From Candidatus Bathyarchaeota archaeon (GTDB lineage Archaea; Thermoproteota; Bathyarchaeia; TCS64), in NCBI GenBank assembly GCA_963769425.1, contig CAVYLP010000002.1, positions 134,204-198,203 on the forward strand: a DNA stretch of 64,000 nt, read 5' to 3'. The notes under the pieces are model-generated. The model made no database searches, was not told where the DNA came from, and saw nothing but the letters and a program-made list of their open reading frames with translations. The position numbers and the translations under genes are program-made. Within the stretch, counting starts at the first letter, position 1. Each line of letters begins with the position of its first letter. Shown here piece after piece: positions 50,423-61,698 of this stretch.

Positions 50423-50830
50423 TTATATAGTTGGGAAGTAGCCACTTGGAATCATTGCCCCCAAGAGTGAACCAGCGAGAAGACTCAGCCGACCGAAGGC
50501 CACGACCGCGAGGAAAGCGATGGCGACTCCCTGTAGCCAATCAGTCTCGAAACTCGACTTGTAAGCCCAAATCCACGCTATGAAGGCGAGGATATATGCC
50601 CAAACCAGTGTTCCACCCCCAATGACGGCGCCTAGGAAGAATTCGACAGCTAAGAAGACCACAAAACAATTGGGCCAGCCAACGTGGCGCCCATAGCCTC
50701 CCCAAACGTGGCCTTCCCCACGGTAACCACCTTTGCAGCTATCCAGACGGGGATTGAAACGATGGCTCAGAGGATGATTAGCCCGATTAGTAGAATTATG
50801 ACACTTTCCGATGATAAGTATACTCTAACC
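50423..50830 (-). pseudogene. Four-TM membrane protein with an in-frame TGA and a frameshift
   Basis: IILLIGLIIL*AIVSIPVWIAAKVVTVGKATFGEAMGATLAGPIV, shifting to VFLAVEFF...WAYKSSFETDWL; start uncertain. Confidence 0.65.
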
Positions 50831-51048
50831 TACCATTTATAACAGTAAAATCATCGAATCTATGCACCTAATCTAAAATTATTCTTTTTGTTTATAAATA
50901 AATCAATAGTAAGTCAGTGTCATGTTCATGGAAAATTCAGATTCATGATTTGATATTTAGCGAGATTATTTGGCTATAATTTCAAAGTTCCCATCGCCTT
51001 GCTGTGTTAATATACGAAGGTTCCTCAGTCATAAATTGGGTTAAGTTT

Positions 51049-51315
51049 ATGACTGATAAAACAATGAAGGAAGCCATTGACGACTGGGAGAGAGCCGCAA
51101 ACGAGTTTATAAATGAAACCAAGAAGGTTGGCGCAACTGCCTCGAAGAAGCTAGAGCAACAATTAAAAGCACTCCAAGATGAGGGAGCAAAACTTGTTGA
51201 CTCTTATAAACACGAGGGTGAGGACGCCGATGAAAAACTAGGAAGGGACCTAGAAAGAAGGTATAACGTTATTAAAGATAAGCTCAGGCGGACCTGGGAG
51301 GAGTTGAATAAGTAA
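51049..51315 (+). CDS. Small coiled-coil protein
   Basis: MTDKTMKEAIDDWERAANEF...; amphipathic helical, highly charged. Confidence 0.65.
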   Translation: MTDKTMKEAIDDWERAANEFINETKKVGATASKKLEQQLKALQDEGAKLVDSYKHEGEDADEKLGRDLERRYNVIKDKLRRTWEELNK

Positions 51316-51677
51316 GGAGTTTGTGAATTAGTATGCCAGTGCCAGAACCTAAAGTAAACGAGTCGGAGAGAGATTACATTTCCAGATGTGAAAAATATAT
51401 GCATGAGGAAAATGAAACCAAACCCTTGAGTGAGAAACGCTCAAACGAACAGATTAGTGCAATATGCTATTCAACATGGCGCAAGAAAAAGAAATAGCAA
51501 TAAATTTTAATATTAAAAAAATACTTTTAAGTTGTTCTTGATATTTGTAATGATTGGTGATCAGGCGGGATTTTTGGAATTGAATTATATAAAAGACTCT
51601 AAATTCCCCATCATTACGCTTGATTGAAAATCTGAATATTTCCTAATCGATATAAAACTAAAAGTGAATTTTAAGAG

Positions 51678-52085
51678 TTACTTCAGATAGCCCTTACATA
51701 GTTTGATAACGTCTATGAATATCTGAGCCAGCCACTCCTGCCCCTTAGGTTCATTGGAGATAACACATTGGAGCTCGGGCTTCGTTTCCTTAATTCTCTC
51801 CATCCACCAGGGCATTGAATCTCGGATCTCACTCTCAGGGGTATTGAGTTGACCCTTGAATCGGTTTAGGAGGAAACGCACGCTGGAGTGACTGAATACT
51901 TCGTCGATCTTTTTCCGGTACTCGGGCTTATCCGCGTAGGTCCCAAGCGTATCCCCTTTCTTGATCATGTTTGAGACTTGTTGCTCGAGCGAGACGTTCT
52001 CCTTCTTCGCTACTCCTTCGATCATGGGGAAGACTACGCTGTTTAGGTAAACCCGTGCGGATGTCTTTTTTATTAATTCGGCCAA
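51678..52085 (-). CDS. Hypothetical protein
   Basis: 135-aa ORF, TTG start after GGAG, protein-like composition. Confidence 0.65.
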   Translation of the reverse strand: MAELIKKTSARVYLNSVVFPMIEGVAKKENVSLEQQVSNMIKKGDTLGTYADKPEYRKKIDEVFSHSSVRFLLNRFKGQLNTPESEIRDSMPWWMERIKETKPELQCVISNEPKGQEWLAQIFIDVIKLCKGYLK

Positions 52086-52355
52086 GTTGTCATCTCCGAA
52101 GCCATCCTTGACAACATTTTGCTAGTCAGAAGACACTTGGGAAACTCACATTATAAATTGATATTATATTCCACTAATCCTACTGTTGTTCAGAATACCC
52201 TTAGAACCATCGACTGTCTGAGTCTTTAGGCAAAATTATGTAATTATTAAGTTATGGAAGAATTTATTCGGTTAGTGCTGAGTGTTGTTCTATTTGAACT
52301 GAATATAATGAAAATAAGCAATATTAAAGATAATTGTATTAAAAAAAAAGAGGAT

Positions 52356-54112
52356 TTACAGTTTTCGCCGTAGCCAGATGAGCGCTATCACGCCGATGAG
52401 GACACCAGCTATGATTACCTCATAAGGATAACCGGGTACTCCACTGGAAGGGGTACCTCCTCCGCCCGTGGATTGGGTCTGGAGTGTGATCGATGAGGCA
52501 GCTGTGCTTCCGGCAACAACATTCGCAGTTCCAGAGTTAGTCAGGTATCCCGTCATCGCAGCTTGGAATGTGTAGGAGCCCGCGGTGACACCCGAGAAGG
52601 ATATAGATCCGTCCGACCCTGAGACACCGTTGAGTGTAGCCTGTCCACTTGGCGTTGTGGTCGAAGATACCGTTGCCCCGACTATGGGTTTGCCGCTGCT
52701 GTCGAGGACAGTGATCTTGACTCCGCCCGTAGTAGCTGTGGGTTGCGTTACCGTGAATGCTGCTGTCGTCACTGCTCGCCCCTGTGTACTGTGTGTTCCC
52801 CTCCCAAGAAGCCTGAACTGTCCAAGATCCAGCAGCCGTTGGAGCGTAGCTATCACTGTATTTACCGTCACTTCCAGTAGTTGCTGACCTCGAGACATCG
52901 GTTGATCCCATCTTATACTCAATGTTAATGGATGCACCGACGACTGGTGGGGTGACTCCTCCGGAGATGGAGAGTGTAGTCCCAACGTTGATGCTTGTCT
53001 GGCTTGGGATACATGTGATGCTGCTAGGCTGCTTGTTGGTGAGTGGGTTATCCTCGCCGGTTACTGTACCCGAGATCCGGCCTGACTGCGTGGCTGGACT
53101 TTTTACTAGCTTGAAGTTGATTCCTGATGTGGTACTCCCTGTGGTGACCGAGATACCGGTTCTATTTTGTTGCTGGTATCCCGTCGCCGAGACGTAGACC
53201 GTATATGTTCCAGTGGGGAGACCACTTGAAATCATATATGCGCCCTGGGAGTCGGATGTGTCTTGGCTGGAACCGGCTGAGACTGTTGCCCCGGCTATCG
53301 GTTTGTTGTTTGCGTCCGTTACGAGTCCAGAGATGGCCCCGCTTGGCTGAACCACCACGTTCAACGTGAGATCTATGTTAGGTGTCTCATGACCTACTGT
53401 CACTATGACGTTCTGTATCTGGTCGAAGCTTGTCCCAGAGTAAGCGGTCACCATATAGGTGCCTGCACCGAGGCCGCTTTCAATCTTGTAACTGCCATCC
53501 AACCCGGTAGTGGCAAAGCCTGAGTAGCTTGCTCCGTCGGAGGAGAGGGCAGTAACGCTTACACCCGGCACTGGATCACCTGATGGCGTCCTTACTTTTC
53601 CAGATATCACCCCGGAGCGGCTGAGTGAGATGTTAACCCCAACTGTCTCCACACCCGCCGTGACGCTTACACCACTAATCGTCTTCGTGAAGTATCCGGT
53701 AGCAGTAGTTACTGTGACATTGTAAGTCCCTGATTCTAGGTTCGTGATTATCTTGTAGTTGCCGCTTGAGTCAGTTTGACTGAACCAACCGTACTTACCA
53801 TGGCTGAAGGCAGTGACTATGGTGTTTGCTATTCCCGCTCCTGTGGCTGGAGTCAGTGACTTTACCGGAGATTCCTCCAGAGCGTTTGAGGTTGAAGTTG
53901 ACGTTCCCCGTTTCAGATCCTACGGTGACGGAGATGCCTCCAACTTCCTGACTGATGTATCCTTCAGCTAACGTACTTACGTTGTAGGTTCCTGTCGTCA
54001 AACCCTGAGTTATAATATATTTTCCATTGAGTGCTGTGACGTTGTAGCCGTTTCCTCCTGGGCTAGTTGCGACAATAATTGCCCCGGAAACAGGTGAGTC
54101 GGTACTTGCCAT
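52356..54112 (-). pseudogene. Cell-surface protein with carboxypeptidase-regulatory-like/Ig repeats and a PGY-type C-terminal sorting signal, split by two frameshifts
   Basis: Repeated G.ISG.VTD....PI.GA.V...G.Y.I..GL..GTY.V units over three frames (shifts near 53850 and 52775); ends GVPGYPYEVIIAGVLIGVIALIWLRRKL. Confidence 0.82.
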
Positions 54113-54484
54113 GACGCCGAGAATTTGAGGAGTACCCGATTTGTGTCGTTAAACTGAGAATTACTATAAGTGTTACTACGCGAAATCCGGTTCGCTCATT
54201 TGTAGTTCTCATAATTCATTTCCGGAATAGGGTTTGGAACCGAAGATTATTAATATTGAACCGTTCAAACATCCTCCTCTTCGAACAGAAATTAGGAAGC
54301 CGTAATCATCATCGAGTCTAAATAAAGGACTTTCTGAGGCGGTCGGATAGTGACGTTATGTTATCATCTCAGTGAGACTTAGTAAACCCGTTTATTGAAA
54401 CTAGGTTCAATCTCCTAATGCTTAGAAAAACCTCCAACTAATATCACACGCGCATTTTTTAAACACCGCAGTCATAAGATAACC

Positions 54485-54910
54485 GTGTCATTCAAAGTAA
54501 AGGACTACATGGAGTTGAGCTTCCCGGTCACAAGCTTTGAGACCCCGATTCGTGAAGTGGCCTGTATGATCGGCGATGGTATGCATGACCTTATAGTGGT
54601 GATGGAGAAGGGCATCCCTAAGGGATTCGTCTCCGCAGCTGACATCGTCTCTAAGGTTATCGCGTTGGGCTCGGATCCGGATGATGTCAGGGTCAGAGAC
54701 GTGATGACTACGTCGTGTCCGACTATAAGCCCGGATGACGACCTGATGCACGCCTCGGAGATTATCCGGGGAGGGGCAAACCTGCTTCTCGTCGTTAAGA
54801 ACAACATATTCTATGGTGTTATAACCCCGAGCACAATAGCTATGAGGTTCGGGGAGTACGCTGAAAAAGCCGTGAAGGACGCTGTTCGAAGTCTCTCAAT
54901 TTTCAGGTAA
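54485..54910 (+). CDS. CBS-pair protein
   Basis: KVKDYM, GFVSAADI, VRDVMT, TISPDDDL, GVIT. Confidence 0.88.
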   Translation: MSFKVKDYMELSFPVTSFETPIREVACMIGDGMHDLIVVMEKGIPKGFVSAADIVSKVIALGSDPDDVRVRDVMTTSCPTISPDDDLMHASEIIRGGANLLLVVKNNIFYGVITPSTIAMRFGEYAEKAVKDAVRSLSIFR

Positions 54911-55089
54911 CTCGTGCTCAAACTGTGTCTATTTAATTTCTAAACAAGTCAAAGTAAGCTATTATCCCTTAATCGTTGTTTAACACAAGGATGAGGAGTT
55001 CTCGCCCTCCCCATCAAATTATTTATGAATGTGCCTTCATCGAAGCACGAACATCAACGTGTGTATATCGTGGCTTTCAACTAAATTAT

Positions 55090-56289
55090 TTGAGGCGATT
55101 CGAGCTGAGAATAAATACAAAAAGAGCCTCCGTAATGCTCGTAGTTTTAGCGATAATAATACTCACCACAGTGTTATTTCTTCGTAACCAATTCGGGTCC
55201 TCACCGCCCGTAGGACATTACAATCTAACGTTGGCGTTCGGCTCCACAACATTCACCAATCCAGTTGGCATCATCAGTCCCACCGACTCTTCAGGTAGAC
55301 TGTTTATCATTGAACAGAGTGGAAAAATCCAGCTAATTCAAAGAGATCAATCGGGAACATGGACTAAAACCGACTTCCTAGACATTAGCTCGAGGGTGAT
55401 CTCCGGAGGCGAGTTCGGCCTCCTTGGGTTAGCCTTTCACCCACAATACGGTGAGAACGGATTTTTATACGTTGACTATACTGCACCAGATCCAACTCGA
55501 ACGGTGATTGCTAGATTCTCAGTAAGCTCCACAAATAATGAAAAAGCAGACCCCGGCAGCGAAAGGATTCTCATAGAGATACCGCAGCCGTACTCATTCC
55601 ATAAGGGTGGACAGCTGGCCTTTGGACCCGATGGATACCTATACATCGGAGTAGGAGACGGTGGCCCGGAGGGCGATCCCCTAGGAAATGGTCAAAACAG
55701 ATCCACTCTCTTAGGGAAAATTCTGAGGATAAACGTCGACCAAGTAACGTCAGGTAAAAACTACACAATCCCGCAGGATAACCCGTTCAATAACAACACA
55801 ATGGGATATAGGGATGAAATCTACGCCTACGGTTTCCGCAACCCTTGGAGATTCAGCTTCGATCCAGGGAAGGGGGTTCTCTGGGTCGGAGACGTTGGCC
55901 AGAACAGAATGGAGGAGGTGGACATCGTGAAGAATGGTGGAAACTACGGTTGGAACATCGTGGAGGGGACCCTCTGCTACTCAGAAAGCAACTGCGACCC
56001 AACGATGTATGAGGCGCCCATCTACGTTTACAATCACACTCTTGGCAATAACGCTGTTATCGGGGGATACGTCTACAGGGGTGAAAGACTCCCTGAACTA
56101 CAAGGCCAATACATTTTCGGGGACTACGGCTCGGGTCGAATATGGGCGTTAAGCCGTGCAGCTGATTTAACAATCAAGGTCACCGAACTCGTGGATAGCG
56201 GCTACAACATCACCTCCTTTGGTTTAGATGAAAAAGGAGAGCTATACCTGAGCACTCAGGATGGTCAAATCTATACCCTAACCAAGTAA
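55090..56289 (+). CDS. PQQ-dependent sugar dehydrogenase (aldose/glucose-sorbosone family), membrane anchored
   Basis: GEFGLLGLAFHP, HKGGQLAFGPDGYLYIGVGDGG, YAYGFRNPWRFSFD, GGNYGW; start uncertain (55090-55135). Confidence 0.9.
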   Translation: MRRFELRINTKRASVMLVVLAIIILTTVLFLRNQFGSSPPVGHYNLTLAFGSTTFTNPVGIISPTDSSGRLFIIEQSGKIQLIQRDQSGTWTKTDFLDISSRVISGGEFGLLGLAFHPQYGENGFLYVDYTAPDPTRTVIARFSVSSTNNEKADPGSERILIEIPQPYSFHKGGQLAFGPDGYLYIGVGDGGPEGDPLGNGQNRSTLLGKILRINVDQVTSGKNYTIPQDNPFNNNTMGYRDEIYAYGFRNPWRFSFDPGKGVLWVGDVGQNRMEEVDIVKNGGNYGWNIVEGTLCYSESNCDPTMYEAPIYVYNHTLGNNAVIGGYVYRGERLPELQGQYIFGDYGSGRIWALSRAADLTIKVTELVDSGYNITSFGLDEKGELYLSTQDGQIYTLTK

Positions 56290-56477
56290 ATGTGGTAAAA
56301 TAGGTTTTAGAGAACTAGTTGCGAAATCATACTCTCCTACTCTACTTGGGCGTATCAGCAATCGCGATCATTGTAGTTGCATTTTTCCTCTTGTTAAGAC
56401 GATGTTCTTGATTTCAGATATTTTTTACTTCGTAAGGGTGAATTTCCATTTAGAACCAGTTCACTGCATGGATTTTT

Positions 56478-56957
56478 TTATTTCAAGTTTAAAATTTTTA
56501 TAATATCGTTCATTATTCTATCGTCTTTGTTTAGCTTGAATGATAAAATTAGAAAGCTAACTGTAAGAATAATTGGTAGAGTATAAAAATAGCTGATACC
56601 TGAGGTTATCCCAAGCAGAACAAGCAGATTCTGCACGGGACCAGACCACTGCAAAATCGACAAACTGTAAAAAATGTTGTCAAATAGGGTGGTTCTCGGT
56701 ATCCAGTGATCAGCAACAACGTAATTTAAGACCATTAATGGAATACCAATCTCAGGAAACAGCATAGTGTTGGATTCATAGTATTCATTGTTACTGTTCA
56801 ACATCCAGCTAGTCATGACCGTATCTATGAAGAAGCCAAGCATTGCTACCGTAAGGGTTAGTTTCAATCGGCCAAGACTCTTTAAGTGCATTTTATAACG
56901 AGTATTAGTTATCTTGGCCATCGAAAATATTGATTTGAAATCTATATTTAAGGACAA
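56478..56957 (-). CDS. Hypothetical membrane protein
   Basis: Several TM helices, D..MT...YYESN motif (DUF5658-like); the true start is probably internal. Confidence 0.55.
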   Translation of the reverse strand: MSLNIDFKSIFSMAKITNTRYKMHLKSLGRLKLTLTVAMLGFFIDTVMTSWMLNSNNEYYESNTMLFPEIGIPLMVLNYVVADHWIPRTTLFDNIFYSLSILQWSGPVQNLLVLLGITSGISYFYTLPIILTVSFLILSFKLNKDDRIMNDIIKILNLK

Positions 56958-57144
56958 AGAAAGATAGATTAGAATTAGTAGCTAAATTATTTAAATTTTA
57001 GCCAGATATAATAAAGTTAATGATCATTTACTCCTGATTATTTTTCCTATGTCTATCAATTGTAATGGAAGCGTGTGGGTGAGTGAGAGTAAGGGTTTTA
57101 GAAAAGGATAATTAGTAGAATATCAAACTCAGGACCTGAAAGTT

Positions 57145-57582
57145 TTGGTCGATAAACTATTCACCTTCGCAGCAATACTTGGAGTCGCCAGCCTCCTAGC
57201 TGGGCTATATATGATCAACAGCACAGTCGTATTACTAAACACGAGCCAGAAGACGACAGGTACAGTGATTGATTACTACCTCGAAGGCGAAATCTACTAT
57301 CCCCTTTTCAGCTTTACAGACGTCTCTGGTTTGACAGTGACAGCACAAGGCATGGATGGCGGAACAAGCAGAACATATAGAATAGATCAGAAGGTTCCAA
57401 TAATCTACGACTCAACTAACCCCAAAGAGACCGTCAGAGTAAATAACTTCGTCACAATATGGCTGGGGCCAATATTCTTGGCTACAATGGGTGCATTCGA
57501 CGCGGCTTTATCCCTAGGGCTTCGCTGGAGGATACTTAAAACTCAGAAAGACATCCAACAGGCTCCTAGTGAACTCACGTGA
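57145..57582 (+). CDS. DUF3592-like membrane protein
   Basis: TM, TTGTVIDY, YYPLFSFTD, VPIIYDSTNP, TM. Confidence 0.78.
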   Translation: MVDKLFTFAAILGVASLLAGLYMINSTVVLLNTSQKTTGTVIDYYLEGEIYYPLFSFTDVSGLTVTAQGMDGGTSRTYRIDQKVPIIYDSTNPKETVRVNNFVTIWLGPIFLATMGAFDAALSLGLRWRILKTQKDIQQAPSELT

Positions 57583-57835
57583 TCCAATTAAACAGTCTTT
57601 GACACTTTGGATTAAGAAAGGACACTTCAGACAACTATAAAGAGTGAAGATCAATAAATGATGCTTTATCTTGATATTATCAATCCATAAACCCTATTTT
57701 AACAACATCCATTTCTAGATTTGGCGATTCCAGCTAACCTAGGAATCTCTGCCAAGCACCAACATCAGGGCCCGAAGAGGGCCCGAATCTCAAAAACTGT
57801 GCAATGATCGGCTAGACGGAGGATAGGCAAATAAA

Positions 57836-58987
57836 TTGATGAAAAAGGGCCTAACTCTGCTTAATATGCTGATCCTTTTCTCACTATTCATTCTACCCAC
57901 AATTGTTGTATTAACCGCAAACAATATCGCCGGCGTTGCCAACTCAATCAAATTCGCCGATCTCACGCCGTCGTTCAAGGATGGTATACTTGAATTATCC
58001 TCTATTCTCACAGTAAGGAACCCGGGCCCCTTCAATGTCGAAGCTGGCATAATGGCTTCATTCAAAGGCGACCATAGTGCCCGGATTGGCATCACCGGAC
58101 CTCAGTTACTGGTGAAGACGAGTTCCCAAGAGCAAAAAATCCCAGTCTCCATATTGATCGACCTCAGCACGCTCTCGGAGAAGGACGTGGGGCGTCTCGC
58201 ATCAAACCCTGAGAACTTAACAATCGAGGTCTCGGCACATGTTGGTATACAGCCAATCACTTCACTGACCGCGGAGGCCACAGCGCAGGTTAATTGGTTG
58301 CCACCCATGCAGAACCTGACAGTCGGGCAGCCAATCTTGAGGGATGCAAATAAAAAACAGGTTACGTTAGAGGTGCCTTTCTCATTCGAAAATCAGTCAC
58401 CCTTCTTCGCGTTTGATGGCGAGGGGGTGGTCTCGGTCTTCGACTCTTCTGATCAGCAGGTTGGTGATGGAGTTCTAGAGATCTCGTCACAGCCCTCTAC
58501 GAAGTGGAGCGACTCAGCGAAAATTGTGCTCTCTCTGCCGACGAACACTGAGGACCTGCTCCTGAAGGACGCGACTTTAAAGTACCGAGTTGAAGAGGAC
58601 TTCACCTTAAGAGGTCTCCCTGTCACAACAAGGATGGATCAGAACATCACAGTAGACTGGGGCGCTCCAATAAAGGACCTGCAGATCTCGACCAGTTACT
58701 CACCTGTGAATTCAACCCACACCAGAGTCATGGCCACTCTGAGCTTCCTAAACAGTAACCGCTTCATCACTGCTGACGGATCAGTTACTGTAAGACTAGT
58801 GAACGATTCAGGTATATCATGGGTGGGCAGCACACAGCCACTCAACGTCGCACCGGGAGGCACGGCCTCACTTAACTTCGATGTGGTCATCCCAAACAGC
58901 CTGTTAATTAGTGAAAACCCGAGGCTGATTCTCGGCGTCGATACGCAGATCGGGTCCATCGACTTGGAGGCGAACTCACTTGGTTAA
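57836..58987 (+). CDS. Membrane-anchored protein with three LEA_2/Ig-like repeats
   Basis: LTVRNPGPFNV, FSFENQSPFF, LSFLNSNRFI repeated strand-Asn motifs. Confidence 0.65.
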   Translation: MMKKGLTLLNMLILFSLFILPTIVVLTANNIAGVANSIKFADLTPSFKDGILELSSILTVRNPGPFNVEAGIMASFKGDHSARIGITGPQLLVKTSSQEQKIPVSILIDLSTLSEKDVGRLASNPENLTIEVSAHVGIQPITSLTAEATAQVNWLPPMQNLTVGQPILRDANKKQVTLEVPFSFENQSPFFAFDGEGVVSVFDSSDQQVGDGVLEISSQPSTKWSDSAKIVLSLPTNTEDLLLKDATLKYRVEEDFTLRGLPVTTRMDQNITVDWGAPIKDLQISTSYSPVNSTHTRVMATLSFLNSNRFITADGSVTVRLVNDSGISWVGSTQPLNVAPGGTASLNFDVVIPNSLLISENPRLILGVDTQIGSIDLEANSLG

Positions 58988-59516
58988 GTTGCTGGACACG
59001 GAGATCGGAGCGACTAGGCTAACCCTTTGGATAATCATAGCCTTACTTCTATCCTCACTAAGCCTCACAGCCCTGTATCTCTTCCCGAGGTTCATAATCG
59101 ACTACACGAGCAACGCTATCCCCGACACCCAGATTCAGGGTCTCGTGAATCAACTACTCGACCCGAGGATCCCCACACTGGGCATAATCGCATCCGCCCT
59201 CGTATTCATCACCATCACACTTAGAAAAACGAAGATCGAGGGGCCCCTCCTCATCTTCCTAGGGGCCACTCTCATCACCTACAGCTATGTTCTTCTTCAG
59301 GGAGGCACAGTCAACTTTCAGATCCCGGCTACCGCAATCCAGAACTCCCTCGGAATCAACACCGCAATTAGTATTCAGGCTCACCTATCCCTCAACATCA
59401 CAACACTGATGGTAGCCTCCATGTCCACACCACTTCTAATCATAGTCAAGGGTTCGATACTCACATTCTCAAGACTTAGAAGGAGTAAAATCGATGTAGC
59501 TCAATCTACAAACTAA
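58980..59516 (+). CDS. Hypothetical four-TM membrane protein
   Basis: Four hydrophobic segments; overlaps the upstream gene by 8 nt. Confidence 0.7.
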   Translation: MVKLLDTEIGATRLTLWIIIALLLSSLSLTALYLFPRFIIDYTSNAIPDTQIQGLVNQLLDPRIPTLGIIASALVFITITLRKTKIEGPLLIFLGATLITYSYVLLQGGTVNFQIPATAIQNSLGINTAISIQAHLSLNITTLMVASMSTPLLIIVKGSILTFSRLRRSKIDVAQSTN

Positions 59517-59589
59517 GTGACAATATTGGGTTGACTCGTTGGTCTAAGCCCATTTCTTAAACTTAATTGAACTGATACTAGCGTTTATT

Positions 59590-61698
59590 TCATTGACCTA
59601 TTCTCTGTAATGCAGACGAGACATGTAACGCAAGGGTCTCCATGAGTTCCCTATCTACCTCATCGAAGGCGTTCATGTTCTCACTCTCAATATTGATCAC
59701 AGCCACAGCCTCACCGTTAATGATCACAGGGACATCTAGCTCAGAATTTGAATCAGCGATACCCCGAACCCAATTAGGATCACTTCCCGTATCGAGCGTA
59801 AGAATCGATCTTCTCTCGTTAAATGCCCTGACGGTGAGACCTTTTCCATCCAGCGGCAACCTGACTTGGATGTTTTCTTCACCCTTACTATGTGTGAGTA
59901 AGAGCGCATCATTCAAAGGTTCGAGGATCGAGAGGAAGTGAAAACCGACGACGGACTCGACCGCGTCGAGTGTAGCTATCATTACCTCATCTCTGGTCTT
60001 AGCCTCCGCCAACCTCGTAGCGTGACGGTGAAGGGCAGTCATCTGCCGCTTGTGCCTATTCATCTCCGTCATGTTCCGGCCAATCACGAGGATCGACATT
60101 TTACCCTGTCTCGTTATGAGGCTGAATGATGCGTCGACGGGTACGGTTCTGCCGTTCTTCGCGCGAAGCTTCAGCTCGTATCGACCAGGCTGCGACTCCC
60201 CCCTCTGCCTGCTCAGGGCTCTCTCCCTGATCACAGGTAGCACATCTTCCGAGACAACATGTGAAATATCCATGCCAACTAAGTCATGTGGGGAATCATA
60301 TCCGAGGAGCTTCACAGCCCAGTCATTAATGTATGTGATTGTCGTACCAGTGACTAGTGCCACTAACTCCAAGGACGAGTTTAATAGTGTCCTGTATGTC
60401 TCCTCAGACTCCCTGATTACCTCTATCTGATTAAGGCGGGAGATCGCGGAGGCTACGTTCTCTGAGAGTATTTCGACCAGTTTCTCATCATCGAGGGTGT
60501 AGGCGTCGGGCTTCGAGTTCTCCAAATTAAGTACAGCTACAGTACTATCTCCTATCCTCACCGGGACAGCCATCTCCGATAAAACCTGATAGGTACCTTT
60601 TATCACCTCGACGAAGTCAGCGTCGTTTGGAACATCGGAGACAAACTGGGTTTCACCTGTCCTAACTGCCCTTACGGTAATGCCTCGACCACTCAGAGGA
60701 AGATTAACGACTTGAGCGCTAGCAAACCCTCTGACATGTTTAAAACTGAGTGTGTTTCCTTCGACTACACCGAAATCACATCGATCAAATCCAAGCGTCC
60801 TCTCTATGGCGTTGAGGGTCAACTCCACTACCTCATCGAGAGTCTCAGCGCCAACCAGCTCCAACTCATTCCTATGAAGTGCCTCAAGCCGCTCCTCGAA
60901 TAGTTTATGCTCTGTCATATCCATGAGCATGTGCTGAAGGGCTTTCACTCCATTATACACGATCTCAGAACAGTAGTCCACAACGTATCTGATACTACCA
61001 TCTGAACTCTCTAACCGGAATTCAAAAGGCGAGGAGGGCTTCTTTCCATTCTCTCTCATCTTTCGCCTCTTTTCAATCGCCGCCCTATCCTCCTCAACTA
61101 CCTGAAGCTGGCTAGAGGCACCAATAAGCTTCGACAAATCGTCCAATCCAGCCATTTTTACCCTGGTGGGATTAGCGTAAACAATCTTGTCTCCGACTGT
61201 GACTGATATCGCATTAGGTGAATTCTCTATGAGGGCCCTGTAGCGTTCCTCTGACTCTTTTAATGCCTTTTCGGACCGGTTTCTCTCGACTGCTTGCCGT
61301 ATCCGCTCGGCTAGTACCTGATAGTGGGCTGGGTGATTTTCTTTTCTGATGTAGTCGTTTATTCCGACGGAGTAAGCCTGCTCAGCGATCTCTTCGCTGC
61401 CTCTGCCAGTGTAGAGTATTATCGGTATGTTGCTGTTTTTCCTGATCTGTTTTGCTAGGGTTATTCCGTTCATATCAGGCATGTCGTAGTCGGAAACTAG
61501 GCAATCGTAGGCGTCTGTCTGAATCAGTAATAGGGTATCCTCAGCGTTTTTGGCTGAGGTGATCTTGATGTTTGGGTCGCTTTCGATGAAGACCTTGAGG
61601 AACATTTGCTGTTGCTCCTCATCATCAAGATGAAGCACTCTGATTATTGAACTGGTAAGACTGTTATCCGCGATTGGCTCTTGATTTATTGAATCCAA
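59590..61698 (-). CDS. REC-PAS-GAF-PAS-GAF signalling protein without a kinase or output domain
   Basis: LHLDDE, DCLVSDYDMPDMNG, two SEE.YR.L PAS starts, two G.G.T.RA..SE..VP GAF domains, stop directly after GAF2. Confidence 0.9.
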   Translation of the reverse strand: MDSINQEPIADNSLTSSIIRVLHLDDEEQQQMFLKVFIESDPNIKITSAKNAEDTLLLIQTDAYDCLVSDYDMPDMNGITLAKQIRKNSNIPIILYTGRGSEEIAEQAYSVGINDYIRKENHPAHYQVLAERIRQAVERNRSEKALKESEERYRALIENSPNAISVTVGDKIVYANPTRVKMAGLDDLSKLIGASSQLQVVEEDRAAIEKRRKMRENGKKPSSPFEFRLESSDGSIRYVVDYCSEIVYNGVKALQHMLMDMTEHKLFEERLEALHRNELELVGAETLDEVVELTLNAIERTLGFDRCDFGVVEGNTLSFKHVRGFASAQVVNLPLSGRGITVRAVRTGETQFVSDVPNDADFVEVIKGTYQVLSEMAVPVRIGDSTVAVLNLENSKPDAYTLDDEKLVEILSENVASAISRLNQIEVIRESEETYRTLLNSSLELVALVTGTTITYINDWAVKLLGYDSPHDLVGMDISHVVSEDVLPVIRERALSRQRGESQPGRYELKLRAKNGRTVPVDASFSLITRQGKMSILVIGRNMTEMNRHKRQMTALHRHATRLAEAKTRDEVMIATLDAVESVVGFHFLSILEPLNDALLLTHSKGEENIQVRLPLDGKGLTVRAFNERRSILTLDTGSDPNWVRGIADSNSELDVPVIINGEAVAVINIESENMNAFDEVDRELMETLALHVSSALQRIGQ

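Noticed and set aside
50740-50780. In-frame TGA suggesting stop-codon reassignment or selenocysteine
   Set aside because: The same gene also has a frameshift, and TGA, TAG and TAA all end conserved core genes at the expected positions (tfe, cdc48, fen)
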